Positions 1-10,813 of a stretch of 45,552 nt of DNA are shown piece by piece. Position 1 is the stretch's first letter; every line of letters begins with the position of its first letter. The stretch spans positions 1-45,552 of the forward strand of contig JAZKXK010000086.1 of the NCBI GenBank assembly GCA_045611525.1. The letters are read 5' to 3'. The DNA is from Candidatus Scatosoma sp. (GTDB taxonomy: Bacteria; Bacillota; Clostridia; Christensenellales; Borkfalkiaceae). The translations under genes and the position numbers were made by a program. The notes under the pieces were generated by a model, which saw only the letters and a program-made list of their open reading frames with translations, was not told where the DNA came from and did not search any database.

Positions 1-1959
<1,959 letters not shown>

Positions 1960-1980
1960 GGATAGGAGGGAGAAAAAACA

Positions 1981-4596
1981 ATGGCTAAAAAAGAAACCAG
2001 CCCCGAATTGACCGAGGAGTTTAAGAAAACGCTCCAAATGACGAAAATGCTCGATATCGAGGTAGACGACGAGCTGAAGCGCTCGTTCATCGCCTACGCG
2101 ATGGCGGTCAACAAATCTCGCGCTATCCCCGACGTCCGCGACGGTTTGAAGCCCGTGCATAGAAGAATTTTATATTCCATGCACGAAATGGGCTTGTACA
2201 ACGATAAGGCGACCCGTAAGTGCGCCCGTATCGTCGGCGACTGTATGGGTAAATACCACCCCCACGGCGACAGCTCGGTATACGACGCGCTCGTGCGTTT
2301 GGCGCAGGATTTCACCATCAATTTCCCGCTCGTTTACGGGCACGGTAACTTCGGCAGCGTGGACGGCGACAGCGCGGCGGCTATGCGTTACACCGAGGCA
2401 AAGCTTTCCAAGCTGGCGGCGGAAATGCTCAAAGACTTGGACAAGGAAACGGTGGACTTTATCCCCAACTTCGACGGCAGCGAGGAAGAACCCACGGTAT
2501 TGCCCGCAAGATATCCCAACCTTTTGGTGAACGGCGCGGATGGTATCGCGGTAGGTATGGCGACGAATATCCCGCCCCACAACCTCGCGGAAGTCATCGA
2601 CGGCACGATTGCCATGATTGACAATCCCGAAATCACCGTGGACGAGCTGATGGAATATATCCCCGCGCCCGACTTCCCTACGGGCGGTTTGATTATGGGC
2701 AGAAGCGGTATCAAGCGCGCGTACAGAACGGGTCAGGGCAACCTCGTTATCCGTTCCAAGTGCGAAATCGAGGATTACGGCACGGGCGCGAACACCCGTT
2801 CCCGTATCGTCGTAACGGAAATCCCTTACCAAGTGAATAAGGCTCAGCTTATCAAAACGATTGCGGATATGGTAAACGACAAGCGCTTAGAGGGCATCTC
2901 CGATATCCGCGACGAATCGGGCAGAGACGGTATGCGTATCGTTATCGAATGTAAAAAGGACGCAAACGCGCAGGTCGTACTCAACACCCTCTATAAAAAG
3001 ACGAAATTGCAAATTTCCGACGGTATTATTTTGCTCGCGCTCGTGGAAAACGGTACCGAGCCTAAGACCTTGAACCTTCGCGAAATTTTATATTATTATT
3101 TGGAACACCAAAAGGAAGTCATCACGAGAAGAACGCGCTTTGAGCTGAACAAGACGGAAGAGCGCGCGCACATTATCGCGGGCTTGGTTTTGGCGCTTGC
3201 AAACGTAGACGAGGTTATTCGCATCATCAAGGCGTCGGCGGACAAGAACGCGGCAATTGAGGGCTTGACCTCGGCGTTCGAGCTGGATGACAAGCAAGCC
3301 AACGCGATTTTGGAAATGCGCTTGCAAAGACTGACCTCGTTGGAAGTCGAAAAGCTCAAGGACGAGCTTGCGGCGCTCCACGCGACGATTGCCGACCTTA
3401 AGGACATTCTTGCCAACGAGAGCCGCGTAATGGCGATTATTCGCGAGGATTTGTGTACGATCAAGGAAAAGTACCCCTCGGTAAGAAAATCGGAAATTTC
3501 CGTAGATTACGGCAATATCGACGACGAGGACTTGATTGATAGAGAGGACGTCGTTATCACGATTACCCACGGCGGGTATATCAAGCGCTTGCCCGTTGAG
3601 GAATACAGAGCGCAGGGCAGAGGCGGCAGAGGTATTACGGGACATAGACCCAAGGAAGAGGACTACGTCGAAAAAATGTTCGTTTGCTGCACGCACGACC
3701 CGATTTTGCTCTTCTCTTCTAAGGGTAAGGTGTACTCTATCAAGGGCTACGAAATCCCCGAGGCGAACAGAACGGCAAGGGGCAGAGCAGTCGTCAATAT
3801 CGTACAGCTTGACCAAGGCGAGAAGATAGAGGCGGTGCTCCCCGTGCTGGAAAACGGAACGGGTTACCTCGTAATGGCAACCGAAAGAGGCTTGATTAAG
3901 AAGACCCACACGGACGAGTTCAAGCGTATCGCAAAGAACGGTAAGATTGCGATTAAATTGCAAGAAAACGACCGTTTGATTTCCGTAGGCTTTACCACGG
4001 GCGACAACGAGATTTTGATTGCCTCACGCGAGGGTAAATGTATCCGCTTTGCAGAAACGGACGTTCGTGCAACGGGCAGAGGCACGCAGGGCGTAAGAGC
4101 CATCAACCTTGCCAAGAACGATATCGCGGTAGATATGCTGATTATCGACCCCGCGTTCGACTTGTTCACGCTTACCTCGCTTGGGTACGGCAAACGCTCC
4201 AAGGTAGAGGATTACAGATTGCAAACCCGCGGCGGTAAGGGTATCAAGGCAGGTATCTTCAACGAAAAGACGGGACACCTCGTCAACCTCAAACCCGTAA
4301 CGGACGAAAACGATATCATGATTATCACGACGGGCGGTACGATTATCCGTATGCACGCCGACACGATTAGCTGTATCGGCAGAAGCACCAGAGGCGTACG
4401 CGTAATGAACGTTAAGGACAGCGAGGTAGCCACCGTCGATATCACCGAACGCGACGACGAGGCGGAAACGCAAGCGCCCGAAGAAACGGCGGCGGATTTA
4501 AGCCCTGAGGACTTGGCAGGCGATACGGAAGTCGAAGAAATCGAAGAAGTAGTGCTTGACGAAGAGGTAGAAGAAACCCCTGCGGACGAGGAGTAA
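1981..4596 (+). CDS. gyrA: DNA gyrase subunit A, with an acidic C-terminal tail
   Basis: 871-aa ORF with RAIPDVRDGLKPVHRRILY, the active-site region AAMRYTEAKL and C-terminal beta-pinwheel repeats. The last ~45 aa are D/E-rich. AGGAGG RBS at ~1965. Confidence 0.97.
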   Translation: MAKKETSPELTEEFKKTLQMTKMLDIEVDDELKRSFIAYAMAVNKSRAIPDVRDGLKPVHRRILYSMHEMGLYNDKATRKCARIVGDCMGKYHPHGDSSVYDALVRLAQDFTINFPLVYGHGNFGSVDGDSAAAMRYTEAKLSKLAAEMLKDLDKETVDFIPNFDGSEEEPTVLPARYPNLLVNGADGIAVGMATNIPPHNLAEVIDGTIAMIDNPEITVDELMEYIPAPDFPTGGLIMGRSGIKRAYRTGQGNLVIRSKCEIEDYGTGANTRSRIVVTEIPYQVNKAQLIKTIADMVNDKRLEGISDIRDESGRDGMRIVIECKKDANAQVVLNTLYKKTKLQISDGIILLALVENGTEPKTLNLREILYYYLEHQKEVITRRTRFELNKTEERAHIIAGLVLALANVDEVIRIIKASADKNAAIEGLTSAFELDDKQANAILEMRLQRLTSLEVEKLKDELAALHATIADLKDILANESRVMAIIREDLCTIKEKYPSVRKSEISVDYGNIDDEDLIDREDVVITITHGGYIKRLPVEEYRAQGRGGRGITGHRPKEEDYVEKMFVCCTHDPILLFSSKGKVYSIKGYEIPEANRTARGRAVVNIVQLDQGEKIEAVLPVLENGTGYLVMATERGLIKKTHTDEFKRIAKNGKIAIKLQENDRLISVGFTTGDNEILIASREGKCIRFAETDVRATGRGTQGVRAINLAKNDIAVDMLIIDPAFDLFTLTSLGYGKRSKVEDYRLQTRGGKGIKAGIFNEKTGHLVNLKPVTDENDIMIITTGGTIIRMHADTISCIGRSTRGVRVMNVKDSEVATVDITERDDEAETQAPEETAADLSPEDLAGDTEVEEIEEVVLDEEVEETPADEE

Positions 4597-4618
4597 ACGC
4601 ATACATGGTATAGAGGAA

Positions 4619-4654
4619 CCCCCTGAATTGCAACTGCAATTCAGGGGGTTTGTT
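4619..4654 (+). terminator. Intrinsic terminator-like hairpin after gyrA
   Basis: CCCCCTGAATTGC-aact-GCAATTCAGGGGG is a 13-bp perfect stem followed by TTTGTT. A near-identical hairpin recurs at 5472-5499. Confidence 0.6.
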
Positions 4655-4655
4655 A

Positions 4656-4798
4656 GTGAAGTTTTTTGCTACGCAAAAAGTTGCGGGAATATTAATAACA
4701 GCCATAACTTGCCCCATAGGGGCAAACTTTACTTTCCGCAAAGCGGAAAACTTAACTTGAGTTATCAAACTTCTCTTTGCCGTCAGGCAAAACTTAAC
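4656..4798. repeat. Hairpin-ladder repeat, copy E1 (GTGAAGTT / AACTTnAC variant)
   Basis: One GTGAAGTT at 4656, then a centre GTTGCGGGAATATTAATAACA. Four short hairpins follow (GCCCC-ata-GGGGC, TTCCGC-aaa-GCGGAA, TTGA-gtta-TCAA, TTTGCC-gtca-GGCAAA), each followed by AACTT(T/A)AC. Confidence 0.7.
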
Positions 4799-4805
4799 TA
4801 TAAAA

Positions 4806-5030
4806 TTAATATTCCTTTTCGCGTTCTACGCAAAGGATTTCGTTAGCGTCTAAATCCAACGCCACGCAAAGCCGTGCAAGCGTATCCAACGCGGGGAGAG
4901 TTTTACCGTGTAAATAGCAAGATATTTGTTGTTGCCGAACGCCGATTTTCAGGGCGATTTCCTGTTGGGTCATACCGCTTTGTGTAATAGCTTCCGCGAG
5001 CTTTTTGGAAATATGGGTCGCTGTTATCAT
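4806..5030 (-). CDS. XRE-family helix-turn-helix transcriptional regulator
   Basis: 74-aa ORF with the typical HTH_3 core GMTQQEIALKIGVRQQQISCYLHGKTLPALDTLARLCVAL. Divergent from a second XRE gene. Confidence 0.8.
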   Translation of the reverse strand: MITATHISKKLAEAITQSGMTQQEIALKIGVRQQQISCYLHGKTLPALDTLARLCVALDLDANEILCVEREKEY

Positions 5031-5085
5031 ATTTTCTCCTTTAACCTATTTTCCTATTATTTTACTCACAATGCGTGTATTTTTC

Positions 5086-5115
5086 TTGACTTACATGTGT
5101 TGCATGTAATATAAT
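5086..5115 (+). promoter_or_regulatory. Sigma-A-like promoter with an operator palindrome in the spacer
   Basis: TTGACT (5086-5091), 18-nt spacer, TATAAT (5110-5115). The spacer is the inverted repeat TTACATG-tgttg-CATGTAA (5091-5109). Confidence 0.5.
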
Positions 5116-5140
5116 GAATGATGGAAAAAAGGAGAAAAGT

Positions 5141-5464
5141 ATGGAATACGAAAGATTTTTAGAAAAAATAAGGCAATTAAGAGTAGAAAAGAGGATATCT
5201 TGTAAGAAAATGGGGGAAGCGTTGGGGATATCGTACGCTCAATATGCGAACATTGAGAATGGAAAGAGCAGACTTAAAGTGGAAGATTTATTTACGGTAT
5301 GTAAGGTGTTAGAGGTACAGCCTAAATTTTTATTTGACGACGGCAGTATTAAATTAAAGGAATACTATGCGATAATCGAGGGCTTAAAGAAATTAAGAAA
5401 CCGTGATTTCCGCATCATAAAAGATTTGATTATGCTTATGAGCCTAAATTCTGACGATTTGTAA
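5141..5464 (+). CDS. XRE-family helix-turn-helix protein
   Basis: The ORF track starts at 5114, but that ATG overlaps the -10 box. The ATG at 5141 has GGAG 6 nt upstream. HTH core ISCKKMGEALGISYAQYANIENGKSRLKVEDLFTVCKVL. Confidence 0.8.
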   Translation: MEYERFLEKIRQLRVEKRISCKKMGEALGISYAQYANIENGKSRLKVEDLFTVCKVLEVQPKFLFDDGSIKLKEYYAIIEGLKKLRNRDFRIIKDLIMLMSLNSDDL

Positions 5465-5471
5465 AGCAAAA

Positions 5472-5505
5472 CCCCCGATTGCAACTGCAATTCAGGGGGT
5501 TTTTA
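5472..5505 (+). terminator. Intrinsic terminator, near-copy of the 4619-4648 hairpin
   Basis: CCCCCGATTGC-aact-GCAATTCAGGGGG followed by TTTTT. Confidence 0.6.
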
Positions 5506-5506
5506 G

Positions 5507-5678
5507 GTGAAGTTTTTACTTTGTAAAAGTGAATTGTCCGTTGGACGTGAATTGCGCCTTGAGGCACGTGAATTGTCTTGCTTTGCAAGACGTTGTGGAA
5601 ATATTACAATAATGCCGACGGAGTCGGCAATTCACGAAAAGCATAGCTTTTCAATTCACGCAAGACAACAAAGTTGTC
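5507..5678. repeat. Hairpin-ladder repeat, copy E2
   Basis: GTGAAGTT at 5507 and GTGAATTG at 5529, 5547 and 5568, each followed by a mini-hairpin. Centre CGTTGTGGAAATATTACAATAA. CAATTCAC at 5628 and 5652, each preceded by a mini-hairpin. The core is near-identical to 35135-35200. Confidence 0.8.
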
Positions 5679-8224
5679 TACTCGTCGGCAGGGTTCATCA
5701 TATCGAACGCCTTTATCAAGAAGCCCGATATCGGGAAGGACGCCTGCACGATAATGACGATTAACAGGATTTGAGGTAAGGAGAAGTTGACAAGCTCCCA
5801 GCCTTCGAACACGAAATTGCCCAAAATCGGCGCGGATACGACGATAAAGCACATAGCCGCCGCTACGACGAACAGCACCGCGCGCAGCGCGTTAAAGGGC
5901 TGACAAATTCGATACAGCATCACCAAACCGCAGAAGGTCAAGGCAATCATCATAAGCCCTTGGTATTCCAAGGTTTCCACGCCGTTTGCGTCCATAAACC
6001 CAAAGGTGGACGAAAGGGAAGTGTTATGCATACAGAACAAGGTCAAAATGCCAAGCGCCATGGTAAACGCCCCCGGAATCGCCCTGCTTAGAACGTAGGG
6101 GATAAACTTGCCCTTAACGCGCGCCGTATTCGGCTGCAAGGAAAGCACCAAGGAGGGGATTGCGCTGATAAAGAACTCGTACATGAGCATATGGCTCGTT
6201 TCGAAGAAGTACTTATTCGAGAGGGCGATACACACCGTAGCAAGGGTGAGGATAAGCAGGGTTTTCATAATATACAGCGCGGACGAATCCTTGATGTTAT
6301 TGATAACCCGTCTGCCCTCGTTAACGATTTTGGGCATTGACCCGAAATTATTATCCTGCAAAACGAGGTTGGAAACGTTTCTCGCCGCCTCGCTGCCCGA
6401 GGCTACGGATACGGCGCAGTCCGCTTCCTTCATAGCCAAAATATCGTTTACGCCGTCCCCCGTCATCGCAACCGTATGCCCTGCCTTTTTGATAGAGCGT
6501 ATCAAGATTGCTTTTTGTTCGGGGGTAACCCGCCCAAATACCGTGTATTGATTTGCCGCCGTTTCCACTTCCAAATCGGACAAGCCCTCAAGGGAAATAA
6601 ACTGCGCGGCGTTTTGGATACCGGCTCTGCGGGCGACTTCGCTAACGGTTACGGGGTTGTCGCCCGAAATGACCTTGACGGCAACGTCGTTTTCTCTAAA
6701 CCATTTAATCGTTTGAATGGCGTCGGGACGGATATTGTCCGAAAGGGTGATAACGGCTACGGCGCGCAAGCCCGCGGGCAATTTATCACCTTGGATAGCC
6801 CCGCCTGCGTGCGCCAAAACCAGCACGCGCAAGCCCATTTGCGCGTATTGCTTGACAATCTTATCGATACGCACGGGTACGGGCTTTAACACGAATTCCG
6901 GCGCGCCAAGCACGTACGTACCCGCTTCTTCAAAGGTAACGGCGGAAAGCTTTCTCGCCGACGAGAAGGGCAGGGTCGCCATGGGTTGCAGCGCGGAAGA
7001 GTGTCCAAACCGTTCGTAAAGCGCAATCGAGGTTTGGTTGTTATCGTTCAAAGAGGCGAGCATAGAGCCTAAAATATCGTCCACGCCGAACTCGCCCGTG
7101 GCGTTGAGCAGGATACAATCGCTGACCTTCATACGCCCGTCCGTAATCGTACCCGTTTTATCGAGGCAGAGTACGTTGACGCGCGCCAGCATTTCAAGGG
7201 AGTACATATCCTGCACCAAGGTGTTGTACTTGGCAAGCCGTATCATACCCGTGGAAAGGGCAATCGTCGTCAAAAGGAGCAAGCCCGAGGGAATCATACC
7301 GATAACGACGGACGCGGTTTTTCTAATCGTTTCGCGCACGTCCTCGTTGCCCGCCATAAGGTTTTTCCAAAGCCCGCCGCTTGCTTGCAAATCCGCCCAG
7401 CTTCCGCCGATTTCCTTGTAGTTGGTAAAGAACATTAAAACGGCTACGGGGATAATGATAAAGCCGATAACGCGGATAAAGAGGGTGATAGAGTTCATAA
7501 TCTCCGAGTTGGGACGCTTATACTTCTTCGCCCTTGCCGTCAGCTTACTGATATAGGTATCCTCGCCGATTTTATCCACGCGCACGGCGATTTGACCGCT
7601 GGCGACGAACGAGCCTGCGTACAGCAAATCCCCGTCCTCTTTCTTAATGGGTACGGATTCGCCCGTGAGCAGGGATTCGTTCAGCTCCGCCATACCCTCT
7701 ACGGCAAAGCAGTCGGCGGGTACTTGCTGACCTGCGGAGAGGAGCAAAATATCGTCGATAACGATTTCCTCTACGGGAATTTCCACACGCTTGCCCCCGC
7801 GCACGACCTTGGCGGTGGGGGAGGAGAGAATGGACAGTTTATCCAGCTTTTTCTTCGCGCGGATTTCGAGTACGATGCTCACCATCGTATTGATGAGGAA
7901 GATAAATACGAATAAGTACTGCGAAAAGGGGGCGTTTGCAAGGAGCAGCGCAATCGCCGCAATCGCGCAAAGCAGGTTGAAGCCCGTGCAAAGATTGCCT
8001 ACGAAAATACTGCGGTAAGACTTAGAGTACTTTTTCCCCGATTTATTCACCAAGCCCTGTTCTACGCGTTCTTGCACCTGCGCGCGGGAAAGCCCCTCGC
8101 TTGCAAGGGCGTTAAAACGCTGAACGTCGGCTACGGGCGTAGGCGGTTTTTTCTTTTCTTTTTTCTTATGGAGCAGGGAGGCGAGCTTGCCTTCCTTTTC
8201 TTCGTGCTGTTCTTGGTTTTTCAT
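5678..8224 (-). CDS. Cation-transporting P-type ATPase (HAD-IC superfamily)
   Basis: Motifs LTGESVP, CLDKTGTITDG and MTGDGVNDILAMKEADCAV, with about 10 TM segments. Start moved to the ATG at 8224 (MKNQEQ...), which has AAGGAG upstream; the track start is 8260. Confidence 0.93.
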   Translation of the reverse strand: MKNQEQHEEKEGKLASLLHKKKEKKKPPTPVADVQRFNALASEGLSRAQVQERVEQGLVNKSGKKYSKSYRSIFVGNLCTGFNLLCAIAAIALLLANAPFSQYLFVFIFLINTMVSIVLEIRAKKKLDKLSILSSPTAKVVRGGKRVEIPVEEIVIDDILLLSAGQQVPADCFAVEGMAELNESLLTGESVPIKKEDGDLLYAGSFVASGQIAVRVDKIGEDTYISKLTARAKKYKRPNSEIMNSITLFIRVIGFIIIPVAVLMFFTNYKEIGGSWADLQASGGLWKNLMAGNEDVRETIRKTASVVIGMIPSGLLLLTTIALSTGMIRLAKYNTLVQDMYSLEMLARVNVLCLDKTGTITDGRMKVSDCILLNATGEFGVDDILGSMLASLNDNNQTSIALYERFGHSSALQPMATLPFSSARKLSAVTFEEAGTYVLGAPEFVLKPVPVRIDKIVKQYAQMGLRVLVLAHAGGAIQGDKLPAGLRAVAVITLSDNIRPDAIQTIKWFRENDVAVKVISGDNPVTVSEVARRAGIQNAAQFISLEGLSDLEVETAANQYTVFGRVTPEQKAILIRSIKKAGHTVAMTGDGVNDILAMKEADCAVSVASGSEAARNVSNLVLQDNNFGSMPKIVNEGRRVINNIKDSSALYIMKTLLILTLATVCIALSNKYFFETSHMLMYEFFISAIPSLVLSLQPNTARVKGKFIPYVLSRAIPGAFTMALGILTLFCMHNTSLSSTFGFMDANGVETLEYQGLMMIALTFCGLVMLYRICQPFNALRAVLFVVAAAMCFIVVSAPILGNFVFEGWELVNFSLPQILLIVIIVQASFPISGFLIKAFDMMNPADE

Positions 8225-8389
8225 GGTAAAAAACTCCTTATTGCCTACATTATAACACACGAATAGGAAAAATACAAGTTTTTTGCGTGAAAATCACAGG
8301 AAATCACGTTTAGGACTTTTCATTTAATTGCTTTTATTATACAAAAGTTGTATAATAGGGAAGATAAATCAAGTTTTTCGAGGTGTAAC

Positions 8390-9679
8390 ATGATTGATAT
8401 TAACCTTATCCGCACGAATGCGGAACTCGTAAAAGAAAATATCCGTAAAAAATTCCAAGACCACAAGCTTCCCCTTGTGGACAAGGCGTTGGAATTAGAT
8501 ACCAAGCGCCGTGCCTTGATTGCGGAAGGGGACGCGCTCCGTTCGGCAAGAAACACTCTCTCCAAGCAGGTGGGTATGCTTATGAAAGAGGGCAAAAAAG
8601 AAGAGGCGGAAAAGGTAAAAGCACAGGTGAAAGCGGACGCGCAACGCCTCGTTGCTATCGAGAAGGAAAGCGAGGAAACGGAAGCCGAGCTGAAAAAGAC
8701 GATGATGACCATTCCCAACATTATCGCGCCCGACGTGCCTTTGGGTAAGGACGACAGCGAAAACGTGGAGCTTAAGCGCTTCGGCGAAGCGTCCGTACCC
8801 GACTTCGAAGTGCCTTATCACTTGGATATTTTGGAAAATTTGGACGGTATCGACGTAGATTCCGCCCGCCGTACTTCTGGACAAGGCTTTTACTACCTCA
8901 CGGGGGATATCGCAAGATTACACTCGGCGGTGCTTACCTACGCCCGCGATTTCATGATTGACAAGGGCTTTACCTACGTCATTCCCCCTTATATGATTCA
9001 CGGCGATGTCGTTTCGGGGGTTATGAGCTTTGACGAAATGGAAAATATGATGTACAAGATTGAGGGCGAGGATTTATACCTCATCGGTACCAGCGAACAT
9101 TCCATGATAGGCAGATTTATGGGTCAAATTATCGACGGCAAGAAATTGCCTATGGCGCTTACCAGCTATTCCCCCTGCTTCCGTAAGGAAAAGGGCGCGC
9201 ACGGTATTGAAGAGCGCGGTATTTACCGTATTCACCAGTTTGAAAAGCAGGAAATGATTGTCGTTTGCCGTCCCGAAGAGAGCGAGGAATGGTACGAAAA
9301 GCTTTGGAGCTACACGGTAGAGCTTTTCCGTTCGATGGATATTCCCGTAAGACAGCTTGGCTGCTGTTCGGGGGATTTGGCGGATTTGAAATATAAGAGC
9401 TGCGACGTCGAGGCGTGGAGTCCCCGTCAAAAGAAATATTTCGAGGTCGGTTCTTGTTCTAACCTCACGGACGCGCAGGCGCGCAGATTAGCCATTCGTT
9501 ATAAGGACGACGACGGCAAGGTGAAGCTTGCCCACACCTTAAACAACACGGTAGTCGCGCCTCCCCGTATGCTGATTGCGTTTATCGAAAACCATCTGCA
9601 AGCGGACGGCAGCGTGCGTATCCCCGAAGTGTTACAGCCGTATATGGGCGGGAAGACGGTTATTCTTCCTAAGAAATAA
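8390..9679 (+). CDS. serS: Seryl-tRNA synthetase
   Basis: N-terminal coiled-coil arm (MIDINLIRTN...) and class II motifs FRKEKGAHG...GIYRIHQFEKQE and GSCSNLTDAQARRL. Start chosen at 8390 (MIDINL), matching canonical SerRS N-termini. Confidence 0.95.
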   Translation: MIDINLIRTNAELVKENIRKKFQDHKLPLVDKALELDTKRRALIAEGDALRSARNTLSKQVGMLMKEGKKEEAEKVKAQVKADAQRLVAIEKESEETEAELKKTMMTIPNIIAPDVPLGKDDSENVELKRFGEASVPDFEVPYHLDILENLDGIDVDSARRTSGQGFYYLTGDIARLHSAVLTYARDFMIDKGFTYVIPPYMIHGDVVSGVMSFDEMENMMYKIEGEDLYLIGTSEHSMIGRFMGQIIDGKKLPMALTSYSPCFRKEKGAHGIEERGIYRIHQFEKQEMIVVCRPEESEEWYEKLWSYTVELFRSMDIPVRQLGCCSGDLADLKYKSCDVEAWSPRQKKYFEVGSCSNLTDAQARRLAIRYKDDDGKVKLAHTLNNTVVAPPRMLIAFIENHLQADGSVRIPEVLQPYMGGKTVILPKK

Positions 9680-9820
9680 AGCGTGTATATGCGTCGCATT
9701 TCATCGTCAGGCTTGCGGTTTGCCTCGCTCGTTTACGGATTAGTAAACTCCCGTCGGCAAATCCGCGCCTTCCTTGAACTGCTCGCATCTACCCACTTTA
9801 AGTGCGTACTGAATCTATAA

Positions 9821-9848
9821 AAAGGAACGGCTGAGCCGTTCCTTTATC
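9821..9848 (+). terminator. Hairpin AAAGGAACGGC-tga-GCCGTTCCTTT
   Basis: 11-bp stem with a weak T-run. It lies 140 nt after the serS stop and only 10 nt before the next ATG. Same core (ACGGCTGAGCCGT) as the terminators at 17235 and 19540. Confidence 0.45.
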
Positions 9849-9855
9849 AAGTAAT

Positions 9856-10809
9856 ATGAAATATTTATTTTTCGATATTGAATGTTCGGTAGTATCCAAA
9901 AAAGCGGCGAAAATTTGCGCGTTTGGGTATTGCTTGACGGACGAAAAATTTAATATTCTTGAAAAAGAGGACTTGCTGATCAACCCGCAGGGCGGTTTTC
10001 ATTTGACCGACAGAAAGGGTACGCAGGGACTCGTTTTGCCCTACGAATACGGCAATTTTAAAAAATACCCCGCCTTTCAAGAGTACGCGGAGAAAATTTA
10101 TTCCCTGCTCCAAGATACGGATACCCTCGTCGTAGGCCACGCGACCATGAACGACGTGAAGTATCTCAACCTCGAAAGCCACCGCTTTTCCCTGCCTTCC
10201 TTCCGCTTCGACTTTGCGGACACGCAGTTTTTATATATGAACCGCGTGGGGGATTTTTCCAGACAGTTCGGCTTGGGGATTATCGCCAAGGAGCTGGGCG
10301 TGCAGTTCGTTGCCCACCGCGCCGTGGACGACGCGTACGCGACCATGAAAATCGCCGAGGCAATGTGCAAAGAAGAGGGGGAAACCGCCACCCTTTTCGA
10401 CCTTTTGAAAAAATATCGAATCACCCTTGGCAGAATCGAAAACTACGAAATCACGCAAACGACCTCTGCGGGGCTTATCGACTACCGCGAGGCGCAGGAG
10501 CGCAAAAAAGGGGAAAGAGAACGCGCCAAAGCCGCGTTTTACCGCTTTATGGATAAGGAAAAACGCAAGCGCGCAAAAGAGGGCTTGCTCAAAAACCAAA
10601 CGGTGTGCTTTTCCCACCCGTTGGAGTTGGATTTGCCCTTGTCCAAAAAACTCCTTTCGGCGGCGTTTGCCCAAGGCGCGTTTTTCACTTCCCGCGCCGA
10701 GGAATGCGATTTGTATATCTGCTTTGAGGGCGAGGGCGGTCAACGCTTAAACTCCGCAAAAGGCAAAGTGCTTACCGCGCAGGAATTTTCCGCATATTTG
10801 GGGGTATAA
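9856..10809 (+). CDS. DEDDh-type 3'-5' exonuclease domain protein with a C-terminal extension
   Basis: ExoI FFDIECS, ExoII VVGHATMNDVKYL, ExoIII HRAVDDAYATMKI, plus about 120 aa of basic/unknown C-terminal region. No obvious SD upstream. Confidence 0.8.
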   Translation: MKYLFFDIECSVVSKKAAKICAFGYCLTDEKFNILEKEDLLINPQGGFHLTDRKGTQGLVLPYEYGNFKKYPAFQEYAEKIYSLLQDTDTLVVGHATMNDVKYLNLESHRFSLPSFRFDFADTQFLYMNRVGDFSRQFGLGIIAKELGVQFVAHRAVDDAYATMKIAEAMCKEEGETATLFDLLKKYRITLGRIENYEITQTTSAGLIDYREAQERKKGERERAKAAFYRFMDKEKRKRAKEGLLKNQTVCFSHPLELDLPLSKKLLSAAFAQGAFFTSRAEECDLYICFEGEGGQRLNSAKGKVLTAQEFSAYLGV

Positions 10810-10813
10810 GCCT

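Noticed and set aside
5507-5764. 85-aa + strand ORF (MKFLLCKSELSVGRELRLEARELS...)
   Set aside because: It is the read-through of the GTGAATTG repeat array (CGT GAA TTG gives the R-E-L repeats). It has no RBS and overlaps the 3' end of the P-type ATPase gene on the other strand.
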